The position numbers and the translations under genes are program-made. The notes below the pieces were generated by a model. That model did no database searches, was not told the origin of the DNA, and worked only from the letters and a program-made list of their open reading frames with translations. DNA of 63,454 nucleotides, the filler included, from Phoronis australis (lineage: Eukaryota; Animalia; Phoronida), in NCBI GenBank assembly GCA_002633005.1. It is 7 parts of 7 records of this genome, joined end to end, with 100 filler letters (N's around TTAATTAATTAA, not from the genome) between each part and the next. Parts side by side here need not be neighbours in the genome. Positions count along the whole stretch, not along the records: positions 1 to 5,163 come from NMRA01002406.1; positions 5,264 to 12,545 come from NMRA01000549.1; 5 more parts are not named here. One strand, given 5' to 3'. The first letter of the stretch is position 1. The number at the start of each line of letters is the position of its first letter. Of this stretch, positions 1-11,664 are shown piece by piece.

Positions 1-3000
1 CAAACCCTCCCCTGATAGAAACTCATTTCAGTTTTGTTCTTGCCTAGCTTCCCTATCCCTGTCCCCTGTTCATGCAATGCCTCACATTACAGTCATTGGT
101 TCCCAACAGTTTCAAGTTAAGTAACCTCTTGAATAATTCTGACTACACCAGTGTTGCTATAGAAATAGGTTACTAAAGACCCGACTGCCATTCAAGTTGC
201 ACATTCCCTGCCTTGTGAAAGCATAAACCATTATGAAATTAACACCTGGACCCTGGGTTTCAACTTTTTACTCAGAATTATTTTTGTTATTTTCTATTAT
301 AGTTTTGTTTGAACTTGAGATAATTTTCTTTTATTATATATGCTTATTGATGGCAATTAATGATCCCAGCATTAGAGCTAAGAGTTCGAGTAAGAGGTTT
401 TGCTAGAAATCTTGAGTTTTTACTCAAATTTTAGCTTGAATCTATTGGTCATTAAGTACTATCTTGATCTCCCAAGAAAGTGGACTAGAAGTGACAAAAA
501 CAATTTCGAGTTCGATTTGGATGGAAAGTTTCACTCTAGAGGTGTATTCCCAAAACATGATCGCATAGTCCCTTTTCAGGGTTTTAAATCAATCCATACA
601 AGACTGGGCTGGAATCTGTTTAGCCCAAAAAGCATTTAAATGCTATTTGGAGAATAATAAAACATCTGTACTAAACTGTGTTGAAAAAATGAACCCTTTT
701 GAAGTTCCTTATCCACAAATTGTACCATTTTTCTAGCTGCCAACCTCTTTTTAGAATCGTCATGTAACAATATAAGATTGGTCTGGTACAAACAATGTTG
801 TTTTTGGCCAAATTAGTAGCCAAAATCACAAGCACTCACATGAAGATTGGCATTGGATTTAGATACTAGTGTCTGATGTCAATCTTCATGTGTCCGCTCG
901 TGATTAGACTCTTGATCTCGTACTGTTTCGTACTGAGATTACATGTGGTATATTGGCTTCGGCTGAACTGATAGTTTGTTATTGCGTAAGACCTGGTGCA
1001 ATAACTATGGCTTTGAGCAATAACAAAATTTGAATTCTTCCAAGTCCATTAAAGAACAAGTTGAGACAGGGATATATAAAGGGCTTCGAATTTTCCTTTT
1101 TTGTTTTTATTTCCTCTTATTCGATTTCCAGCTTCTTTTTTATCATCATTTTTTGGCTAACTTGATTCATGCGAAAACATTTATTTCAGTTTAATTTTAC
1201 AACACAAAAATATTTCTATCACACAAGCCTATTTGTGAAATGATAGATCACCTGGAAAATTTTCCTCTTATAGTCATTCCAATTCCTGTATATAGTGGTA
1301 ATTTGTTCAGATCAAAATTTATTATTTTTCACAAAAGACGCATTTATAGCAACTTTAAGGGATTTAATTCGAAGGAAATCTGGAAGCTAGAAGACACCAT
1401 CTGATAAGCGCATTCTGAAATAACAATTGAGCTTGTACTTTCCAAGATGTTCAACTCACATTGTTAGGTATATAGGGATAGGGTTCATTCCACCATCCTT
1501 GGGCTTTCAGAGTGCCCTCCTAAAACCAATCCAAGGTGGTACTCCCATAGGTTTATACAAGATACGACACTCAACTGGGTGATTTTTCTCAAACAATTTC
1601 TCTTCACAATGGTGCTTGAAAAAATCCCTACCAAAGCAAACTTTTTCCCATGAATACAACGGGTTTGACTATGGAAGTTAAAAACACTGCAAATGGTACC
1701 TTTTTCTTACTGCAAAAGGGGTTTTAATACGATACCTGTATTTTTAAAACCTTGGACATCAGACTCATTTTTGACAACAGGAATCTGAGCCGACTTCTTC
1801 AAGCTTAATGGGGGAAAAAGACAGCTGTCCAAGAATTAATACGAAAGGATTCAGTTGTTAGCATTAGCTCTTATAAAAAGATTACGCATTTGAAACATTA
1901 GGCTACAATTTTATTGAAGTCCAAATCTCGGACCACAAACATAATGTTTTTAGCCACTGTCTAAAAGGGTGGAGATTCTTCTAGTACCAGATATGCACAA
2001 AACCAAAGGTTAGGGCCCATTTGGAACACCTCTCGGGTATTTTCGTAGCTACAAATTTACCCTTGGAACATCTGGAGCACCTCGGCTATTTTTCTATTTA
2101 CATGTACAAATTTTTCTTAGAAACACTCCAGGTATTTTCGTAGTCTCATGAATGCTATCCAAAATATGGCAAGTCACGTGATTTTCAATCTTGACAATAA
2201 TAGGCTAACTGAAGTCCGCACACATGCAGAGAGTGTTCACCTATTAGGTGAAATTTGATGTTACGAAAACACCCGAGGTGTTCTGGATGCCCTTGGAAGT
2301 TAATGTTTTCAATGCATGCTCGAACTTTATGGCCAATCATTCTCCACTAAATTTGATAATCACGCAGGTTTAATTCACCTCGAATGAGAAGTTTGAGGTC
2401 CCGAATACACCCACGGTGATCTGAATGGCTTAGGACCCTCAAGTTGTGCGGGGTCCCACCTCAAAAAGGGAAATGGGAAAGAAAAAATTAGCATGTCAAC
2501 GAGGTGAGGTGTGTAGCTTGAGAATTTTGGCTACCTGGAGGGTCAAAAATTGTGTTGTTCTAGGAGGCGAAGACTGTGTAGGCTGCGAAGTGGTGGAAAT
2601 TGGGTGCCAGCAGNACTGAAAAAATGCCAAGTGAAAAGACTGAGGCCATTGTTAATTCAGGTTTATTTTCATAATAAGTAATCGATAATTACAGGATTTT
2701 ACTTCAGTTATTTGGTAATATCACAATATATAAACAGCTACCTCACCAGAGAGTTCCCCCCGACCGCAAACGCGACCCAGTCGCAAAATAACTTTTTACT
2801 CTAGGGACACCTAGCGACCTGATAACGTAATACCGGATGTCAGCATGCGCAGAGCTAGCTTCCTGGTTAAAAATTGCCAGCTGACAGCCAATGAAATCCA
2901 TCGTTCTAGTGCGCTGTACCTGAGCCTTCACAAGCAATCCGTGACGTCAGCTTGTGAGGCCCGGGAACCAGGTTAGGTCGACCGTATGCGAGGCGAAGTG

Positions 3001-3500
3001 GATATAGACCGATTAAGACGGCAAAAAAACTAATTAAATCGGGTGGCATTCTCCTTTAACGGATATAGGAATCGGTGTTACCGTGTAGTAGCCTATTATT
3101 AAAGGTTACTTCAAACTCAGCTGATCTGACCGAAGCGACCTCAGCTAAAACTTCACCGATATTTACGGAGAGAGCGCGTATAGAGGTCAAAATTTTATGA
3201 AGATTTTGAACTTTCTATCAGTTTAAATCCACCAGAAAAGCGAAAAAGTGAAAACAGACCTGCAGTTTCATTAGGCAACTCGTATCAGCTAATGTGTATT
3301 CGCGTGAAATTGCATGTTACGGGCCAAATAAAGGCATGTGGTTAACTCAGGAATTTCGACCGACCCGAAAATGAGAGGAGGATTTTCGAGCTGGTCTATC
3401 ACGACCAAAACACGTTATGTCTTCCGGTCGACCTGTCATGGAGGACAAACACGCTCTGTAAGTGCTGCGAGTGAGCCCTCCGATACTACCCATGTTTTCA

Positions 3501-4158
3501 CACAGGCGTCCTCAGCTTCTGATCGTCCCCAATACACTACATATAATACTACAAGGTATGACATTCCCGACTAGAAATTCCACGGGTGCTTCACTTCAGC
3601 CCTCCATAGGGAACATAAAACTCAATAAATTTACACAAAACAAGGTTTCAACAAACTATTGGCAATTGTTCTTTCTTCCAATACCATTCACGGTCTCCTG
3701 TGCCGGCGACTTCGTAAGAAATTCGCAGTCAAAGAACAAAAATGTTCACAAAAAGCTCACACACACTTTTATCTTGGACCGCTCGGAAATTGCCAGTTCG
3801 TCGCGTAAAGTCACGATGTCGATAACGCCGTCCATCCGTAATTCATCGGTAATTTCCGTTCCTTCCTTGACCTTCAGCGGTCCAAGATGAAAGTGTGTGG
3901 GGGCTTTTGGTGAACATTTTTGTACATTGACTGCGATTTTCTTACGAAGTCGCCGGAACAGGACACCGTGAATGGTATTAGAAGAAAGAACAATTGCCAA
4001 TAGTTTGTTGAAACCTTGTTTTGTGTAAATTTATTGAGTTTTATGTTACCTATGGAGGGCTGAAGTGAAGCACCCGTGGAATTTCTAGTCGGGAGTGTCA
4101 TACCTTGTAGTATTATATGTAGTGTATTGGGGACGATAAGAAGCTGAGGACGCCTGTG
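3501..4158. repeat. Long inverted repeat (fold-back): arms 3501-3783 and 3876-4158, 92-bp spacer
   Basis: Arms are reverse complements over 283 bp with about 13 substitutions counted by eye. The near-identical antisense ORFs 3462..3890(+) and 3874..4197(-) reflect this. Confidence 0.97.
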
Positions 4159-4957
4159 AGTTTTTACCGAAATGAGCAAGCAGACACCGTCACGCAAGCG
4201 TTAGCCGAGCAAGGAAATACTGGTTTAAAGCAACCAACTTTAGAGGAAATTTTGAAGTCAGCAAAAGGTATGGCCGGCTCCGGGGGTGACTCTATTAGGA
4301 ATGACTTGAAGACAGCTTTTCTTTATCTTGACGTCCAGCAGTGTTTTAAGAATATGTTTCAAACGTGGATTGACTTAGCCAGGGGTATAGAGATGAAATT
4401 TGTGGATGAGTTACGAGAGAGGGGCCGTGAGACAGCGTTTTTGAATTCTGAGCTGAATGAACTGAAAACTCAAACGCAGAAGAAATTTTCGAACCTGGAA
4501 AGAGAGTTTGGCGACCAACAACAGTACATTCTGCGAAACGTGTTGGTTATATCTGGCAAAAGCGAAACTCAGGTTGAATGCACATATGACATTGTCATAG
4601 AAGTGGCAACCAAGATGAACGTGAACATCCAAAGGTCAGGTATTAGCCGCTCGCATAGAATGGGTAAAGTCATCCCCCGGGGCCAGAAGCCTCGTCCTAT
4701 TGTTGTAAAATTCACAACATATGATGCCGGTTCAGAGTTTATCCGGAATAGAAAAACGCTGTGGTCAGGAGATGCGGGTAGGCTTAGCATTTTCATCAAT
4801 GAGTCTTACGCAGAGGAGAACCGTGCTTTTCAAGGCAGTCAGAGATCTAGGACCCCGGATTAACAGTTACTGGACCAGAGACGGACGCACTTATTTGAAA
4901 GACAAGACTGATTGTATTCACCATGAGAAAGACCCGAAGGATTTGGAGAGCTTTTGA
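4156..4957 (+). mobile_element. Non-LTR retrotransposon ORF1-like protein (coiled coil + RRM + CTD, CR1/L2/L1-type), frameshifted
   Basis: Coiled-coil segment, then RNVLVISG, SRSHRMGK, PRPIVVKF, IFINES. A frameshift near 4806 continues as LTQRRTVLFK...YWTRDGRTYLK. This is the typical LINE ORF1p motif order. No ORF2 occurs before the contig ends. Confidence 0.8.
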
Positions 4958-5125
4958 ATTGTGGTGTTTATCTTTTTTCGTGCACGTTTGAAGACTATGG
5001 TGGGTGCGGTATAATTTACAGACTGTAGTTTTTTATCGCATGCTTGCGTACGGACTCTATGAGAAGTCGGAGGGGGCACTAACCCTCGTGTAATGTGTTG
5101 TCTTGCGCTGTTTACTTTCTTTGTT

Positions 5126-5163
5126 GTGTGTGTGTGCGTGTGTGTGCGTGTGTGTGCGTGTGT
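5126..5163 (+). repeat. (TG)n / (TGTGTGTGCG)n microsatellite at contig end
   Basis: tgtgtgtgtgtgcgtgtgtgtgcgtg... runs into the N linker. Confidence 0.95.
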
Positions 5164-5263
5164 NNNNNNNNNNNNNNNNNNNNNNNNNNNNNNNNNNNNN
5201 NNNNNNNTTAATTAATTAANNNNNNNNNNNNNNNNNNNNNNNNNNNNNNNNNNNNNNNNNNNN
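5164..5263. other. Artificial contig linker N44-TTAATTAATTAA-N44 (also 12546-12645, 31927-32026, 50253-50352, 58064-58163, 60567-60666)
   Basis: The same 100-bp spacer occurs six times. TTAATTAATTAA puts stops in all six frames, a standard concatenation linker. Confidence 0.98.
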
Positions 5264-5482
5264 CTTATAATAACGTGGCTTTGATGTTTTAATCAATGTG
5301 AGGCATAATTTGCTTGAAAGCTTTCAGCGTATGAAGCGCCTATATTAGCAGCTTCATTGTCTCTTAGGGCCAGCTAGAAACGGTGGTCACTGTCTAGGCA
5401 GCACATAGCCTCTCTCTAACTTTGTGTAACTACTGTAACTTGTTTTACTTTATACATGGATCTAAATAATTTTTTGGTGCAG

Positions 5483-6887
5483 AATCTGGTGGCTACGTCC
5501 AATATTGTACACAAAACAGCTGCAGATGAGGAATCGACCTTGATTAGCAGCTTTAAAGAAAGAAGTGACCTCTTTGAAAGTGTCAAGCCTCTTTTACCAT
5601 ACACACGGATACCTGAACCACCTCAAGTAGACTCGCCTACACCGTCCGGTTGGATCGGCCCTACAGGTAATACTAGTACACTCCAAAGTACGTATATGCT
5701 GCAGTGTGTTGATATAGTATAAGTAACAATTAATAGTCTTCTTACATGCCATATGTTGGTCTTATCATGTGAAATGAGCCAAGTTTCTTCTCAGTCATCT
5801 CAAGGTAAAATAAATCTGCAGGTTTGCTCCACTTTACTTCAACTGTTTGTTGCCTGTATCACCAAAAATCTAACATTGTCAGCTTGGAATATTTGAAAGC
5901 TATTTCTCAATGTGGCTCCTATCAGCCCTTTTAATATTTCAGGTCACCTAGGCAACAGGTACTTTGTTGGACGAAGTAAAAACCACATGTTACCTGTGTA
6001 TGAAGAAGTGAAGAGCGATATTAACAGAAAATACACACGGGTCGGCAAGGTTGAAGGAGATATCTGGGTAGGTGTACTTGAATAATGTGCTAGGCATGGT
6101 TGAATGAGATATCTGGGTGGGTGTACTTTCAAAACAATATTATTGGCAAGGTTGAAGGAGATGTCTGAGTGTGTGTATTAAGATTTTTTTTGACTTTTTT
6201 ACTGATGATATTTTAGGTACAAAACTAAAGCAGACTACATCCCAAGGTCTAATCTTTTTACTCGAAATCTAGTTCGGAGTTATTTCATTCTAGGTGATTA
6301 GATCATTTCAAGATGGGGGTTTGTTTTTGTTTGCTGGAATACATTATGTATTTCATATAAGAGTGTCTAGTTTGATTTGATGACCCCTAGACTCAAGCTG
6401 CAAAATCAAGTAAAAACTCGAGATTTCAAGGAAGAACTTGAAATTTCGAGTTTAGACTCGAAATTATAGCATTAAGGCTGTTGTCATCAAGTCAAAACTA
6501 GGATTAGAAAGTCATCCACATAAACCATAATGTACTCAGGCACACAATAATAGACACTGGTCTTGTATTGGCACAAAAGCAGAATGGAATATGGCAAAAA
6601 TAATTTTTAGTTTGATCTCAAGTACAAAGACAGCAGACCCTGAAGACTAAAGTGACATCATGACTTCTTGGACACTTTGATTGCATGGTTATGATCAAAC
6701 TCTGTAGTATCATTAATGGGAAAATATTTGTTTTTTTCAGAAACTTGAAGAGGATCTTAAAGAATATTTGAGCCAGTATATAAAGGGACATATTTATACT
6801 CAAGTGAATGAAGTTACTCGAAGTATTCGTGTTAAAGGAACTCATGCTCAACATGTTGCACAATTTCTTCTGCAGAAAGGGTTTTGA
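5483..6887 (+). CDS. MRPL49: Mitochondrial ribosomal protein L49 (mL49), 5'-partial; exons 5483-5666, 5943-6067, 6741-6887
   Basis: GT-AG introns with matching phases (1, 0) give ...LLPYTRIPEPPQVDSPTPSGWIGPT-GHLGNRYFVGRSKNHMLPVYEEVKSDINRKYTRVGKVEGDIW-KLEEDLKEYL...TQVNEVTRSIRVKGTHAQHVAQFLLQKGF*. This matches mL49 motifs PTPSGW, YFVxRS, KVEGDIW, QVNEVT and C-terminal KGF. Confidence 0.95.
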
Positions 6888-7009
6888 AACAAGTCTTGGA
6901 ATAGATTACTTGTATCATTGTTTGCGTCATTGATCAAGAACGGTAATTTTGTTAATGTGTAATGCATCAAGATTGGCTGTTTATGCTACCACATAGCCTT
7001 TCCATCCTG

Positions 7010-7457
7010 CCGGGGTTTTCTGTAGATAAGCCCACCCAATGAAACGCCCATGGGCGTTTATTCGGAAAATTATGCCATGTACACGCCCATGGGAGTTTAT
7101 TTGGGGCTACAACTTCTTGTGTCAAGTGTCCAGATAGTGGGAGGTTTATTCGGAAAATTTTCTCTTAAAAGCCCACTCCCAGTCAACTTTTTGTCACAAG
7201 TTCAGTTTTATGAAATATTCATCATTTATAAAAACGAGCAAGGTGTGGGCGAACTGTGCGTTTATGAACATAAATTTAAATTTAGAAACAGTTTCAAGTG
7301 AAAAATGTCAAAGTCAGCAAAACTATGACTTTCTGTTTACACGCCCCCTTTTCGGAATAAACGCCCGGACGTTTATTTGGTGTTTAATATTAAAACACCT
7401 TAAAATTTTCATTTTCCGAATACACGCCCATGGGCTTATCTACAGAAAATGCGGTAC
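7010..7457. mobile_element. MITE (Tc1/mariner/pogo-like termini) with internal acgcccatggg repeats
   Basis: Left end ttttctgtagataagccca is the reverse complement of right end tgggcttatctacagaaaa(tgcggta). Internal repeated acgcccatggg and tttattcggaaaa motifs; no coding capacity. Confidence 0.7.
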
Positions 7458-8332
7458 TACTGCTTAACACACTTTTAAACATATACTTCTGGACTTTGCC
7501 CAACTGAGTAAGTGTCCACAGTCATAAAACTTGTAATATGGAAATAAGGTACAAGTCATTAATCCCAAATAAAAGATTAGAACAATCCCAAAAGTGACTT
7601 CACAAAACAAATAAAAGTAACATACACACTTATGAACCATGTTTAATGTTGTTAAGAACGTCTGCTCTTCTGAAGCAGGCCATTGTGTTTTTATGTTTGA
7701 TTTGATGTGGTTAAAATAAACGTACACTGACAAGTAACTTATAGGAGAAACGAACGTTTTTAATGTTATTTTTTTACTGAAAATGCCTACTGGCGTTAGA
7801 TGCCCCCCCCCCCCGCCACACACAGACAAAATTTCCATTTTTTCCAGAAACTTTCCACGCTCTCTGCTAAAGTTTAGACAGAAATTGCTCCCCTTCTCTG
7901 ACACGTCTTCATAGATTCAGCTGAGTCGAAGCTTTATTTCGCCCTGGCTGAAAACGTACATCGGACTTAGCCTTTTACTTTCATAAATCGATCTTGTGAT
8001 ATTCCTTTCCGTTGTAGAATTACATTTCCGTTACCAATTCCAGTCACAAGTAATGTGCCATTTTCGAATTTGAATTTTAAGGTTGCCAACCACAATAAAC
8101 TGAATTGTATGGGTGGAGTATAATTTTATTTCTATGTTCCATGAACAAGCGAGGCGAGTAAAGATTTTCAATGATTCAAATTCGGGTAAACAAGGACTAC
8201 ATTATTTTCCAAAAGCACAACATTTACCAAAGAATGTTGGAATGCAGAACAGTATAATTGCTTTACTTTGACGAATGTTTAAGCATTTCAGGTTGTAGCT
8301 AGTGACGAGTGAACACTGCAATGCGTTGTCAT

Positions 8333-11300
8333 TTATTTTCCGCCGCCACCGTTGTAACGCCTACACTTGCAATACTTGCAGCTCTGGACGGTGTACCAGT
8401 AGTAACCGTAGCGACAGTATTTGGGGCATTTGGGTTTGTGGCAGGCTCCTCTTACTGAAATAAAAATTAGTATTGTGAGGTGAGGAAATACTCATTTCGA
8501 ACTAACACAGTTTTGGACATCACCGAAAACGGCATCGTCCGTCCAAATTCAATGTCGAAGTGGAAGGTAGATTCTATACCTATAAAGCTTCCTACATATT
8601 TGAAAAACCATTGTTTTGTGTTTCATTAGTGTCGTGTAAAGATGATGCAAATTTTCTAAGCTAATTCACTTTTATCTGCAAGAAAATGAGTCGAAATGAC
8701 AATCCAAACGTCACCTGAATCCAACATAATTGATGTGGTTACAAGCGTTGTTTTTTACCTGCAGGTACATTTTTCTTTGAAACTAAAGAAATTCTGAAAT
8801 TATTAGAGCATCCATTGACTACTTTTATTTATATCTAAGTATGCAGACTCAACACTATGCGCACGTTCACAGGCTTTTAATCCAATAAAAGATGACAACA
8901 ACCAGGGAGTGACTAAGGCAGATGCTAATCCACTGTTAAGTTATCTCCGTCACACCTCCGAAAGTTTTAAATTAGAAGATATCTCCATGGCTGTGAACCG
9001 ATGAAACGGAACCGGACAATTGAGTCTTTAAGAGTCTACTCACCGCAGTTACATCCGACAGCTTTTCTGGCGTAGAATCTGACAAGACCACAATTCCTTT
9101 TGTGCCAAGGTGTGTATCCACAGTGACCGCAGTAACCATGAGTGACGAAGGTGACATATTTGGTTTGACATTTACCGTAATAACGTGAACGACAGTTGGT
9201 ACTGAAATGAAACGTAAGACCCTAATTCCTTATATCGCAGCTTCCTGACTGGACGTGGCGTCCACATTACTTATCTAAACCTTATAAAAGTATGAGGCGA
9301 AAACCCGAGATTCCCCACCAATAAAGACTCGCAGAAAATTGTACCAGAGTCAACAGCCTGCAGTTTTATAATTTAAAGTACTATAAAGCATTAACTGCAT
9401 TTCACCCCGCTAAAATGAAAGTCGAATTAGGCATTTTACTTATTACAAAATCGACTTCGTACTATTCCCAGTATCATGATAAGATTCTTGTTCAGTTAAA
9501 GGTGAAGGCAACTTTTTTCCATGTCATTTTGAGCTAAAATAAGATTGGTTTGTTATCCTAGACATATTTTCCACTTAATTACAGCTTTTCGTAATTTTAT
9601 GAATTACTCGTCTTCTACTCCGGAAGTGACGTTTTAGGAGGCAAGCATTTCGCGCTAATTTCTTTTCATATAGTCTGACTCTGAGAGCTGCCGAGTCAGT
9701 CATTGTTCTTCCTCGGTTGTGTTAAGTTCCGTCGTCGTTTGCTTTCATTTACTAGTGAGTCAACATGCCACGCTGTTGCTGCGTACCAGGATTTACGGCT
9801 CACGCGCGCTTTGGGAGTACCTTTGCATCGCTTTCCGATGGATGGCACACTTCGCCGTACTTGGCTTGTTCGTGTGAAGAACGCAGCGTTACCCGTCCAC
9901 GCAACGTACAAGGCAGTGGAGAATTACCGTGTGTGTGGCAAGCACGTTCTGCTGTCCAATTACGAAAGGATTTGTACGCTGAACTGATGAAGGTCCCTGC
10001 GAAACAACGAAGAAGGATGCCATTCCGTCTGTGTTGATTCCCGGCAGTGCCCCGTCGCCACCCCCGAGAAGTGCGTTTTTGAAGCGAGAAGCCTCGCGAG
10101 CTGTGGCCAGTACAGTGACTGGAGCCAGTGGAGGCACTTCATCTACTGTCACCCGTACCTCCGAACGCACCCCAAGAGCGTGCAATTCCTGGAACCAGTA
10201 CTGATTCGCCCTGTGCGGTTTTCTCCAGCCCAGAGCCTCTAAGCAGCCTTGCAGCGATATTGAGTAGTGGGAGTGATTACAGGCTCAGTTCGACACCCAG
10301 TGAAGAGGGCAGTTCGTCGTTCAGTGAACAGATCGGTGAGCCAAACTTTGATAAGTTTATTGTGGACTTGTCTAAAGTGTTGGAGCTATTTAGAAGGTGC
10401 CAGGTGTGTGGCGAGAGAGTCACACGACACGATGTAAGCAGTTTGGGTGCTCAGGTTACCATCCAGTGGGAGTGTGTCGCGGGACACTCTGGCAAGTGGG
10501 ACAGTTGTTCCTCGTTTCTCTCAACAGCTGCCTGTGCCTGTGCGTACTCTGCCTCGTTATACTCGGGCTCAAACATGTACCCACCCACTGAATGTCCGTG
10601 AAAAAATTCCTCGTCACCACTGCTGTGAACAAGGTCTCCGTTTCTCACACTACTGTCACTGATACGGGTCACCGACTCCAGCCATTTTCAGCTTACAACA
10701 CACTAAACAATCCCTAAATCCAACGTAGTTGAGTTCTCTACGAACCAATCTTGCCGCAGAATACTCGCCGATGGGAAGTGGTGGCGACAATTGTTGAAAA
10801 ACAGCATAAAACAAAAGTAGAATACAACAGATTCGCACGGTAAAGTCAACGCAAAACCAAGTGGCGGGAAACGCTTGCCTCCTAAAACGTCACTTCCGGA
10901 GTAGCGGACGAGTAATTTATAAAATAACGCCGAAAACCTGTAATTAAGTGGAAAATATGTCTAGGATAACCAACCAACCTTATTTTTGCTCAAAATGACA
11001 TGGAAAAAGGTTGCCTTCGCCTTTAAGAACAAGAACGTCAGTCGAAATCTTCAGCGACTCGGAGAAAACGCTTCCGTAGTTAATTGGGGTCGGCCTACCC
11101 TAAAACTGCGAATTCGAAAATGCGCAGGTACGCATTGCCTTTGACTTGATTAATTGGTAACGGAAAAGACATCGTGAGACCGATTTTATGAAAGTAAAAT
11201 CCTAATTCGATTGTCTTTTTTTTAACCAGTTAAACAGGTTGAAATGCAGTTTTAAGTTAAACAGGCTGTGCTTACTTTTCATGTTCACATGCAACATTCC

Positions 11301-11664
11301 TGATCGGATTTTTGTATCTGAATCCTCTGTACTCGTATGTTTTGAAAACTTTGGTGTGACAGCCTCTCGTCTTGCTCCAATTACGTTTTTTTTCAACGCC
11401 TTCCTCATTAGCATCTTTGCTTCTTTCGCCAATATCCGCTTCTTCACCTTCTTCTTCCTCTAAACCTCGATCTTCCTCATCCGCCTCTTCGTCATCTTCT
11501 GTCCCCTCCATTCTCTCTTGCGCCATTTCCTCGCTGCGTTCATCTACTGCTTGCCATGCGTCTTCACTCGCCGCATCTAGTTGCCTGGGCTCTTCAGCGA
11601 TGGCCAAATTCGAGATGAGCGCGAAGGTTAGTAGCCCGACAATACACTGTAACAAACAAAACAT
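8333..11664 (-). CDS. Secreted cysteine-rich prepropeptide, 222 aa (signal + acidic pro-region + KKR + cystine-knot-like domain + antistasin-like domain + GK); exons 11664-11276, 9201-9044, 8454-8333
   Basis: Donors gtaagc and gtgagt, tttcag acceptors, phases 2 and 1 consistent, 669 nt open. Mature part: NWSKTRGCHTKVFKTYEYRGFRYKNPIRNVACEHENTNCRSRYYGKCQTKYVTFVTHGYCGHCGYTPWHKRNCGLVRFYARKAVGCNC-VRGACHKPKCPKYCRYGYYWYTVQSCKYCKCRRYNGGGGK*. Confidence 0.88.
9765..10510 (+). pseudogene. THAP domain + N-terminal part of Kolobok transposase (frameshifted, truncated)
   Basis: MPRCCCVPG...LHRFP...RRTWL...VCGKH is a THAP signature split over frames. It is followed by KFIVDLSKVLELFRRCQVCG...IQWECVAGH, a CxxC...CxxxH zinc motif. 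No DDE core remains. Confidence 0.8.
10500..10686 (-). pseudogene. N-terminal relic of the convergent second Kolobok gene (KolX-like)
   Basis: Acidic N-terminus with GYMFEPEY, oriented inward from the right TIR and truncated where it meets the transposase relic. Confidence 0.55.

Larger units (their letters stand above)
9500..11022 (+). mobile_element. Kolobok-type DNA transposon, internally deleted, in intron 1 of the peptide gene
   Basis: About 150-bp TIRs (aggtgaaggcaac... / ...gttgccttcgcct), TTAA target duplication at 9496-9499 and 11023-11026, AG...CT termini, THAP/transposase relic on + and a convergent second ORF relic on -. Confidence 0.88.

Noticed and set aside
5208-5219. Recurring TTAATTAATTAA palindrome as a biological motif
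   Set aside because: Always centred in exactly 44+44 Ns, so it is an artificial linker.
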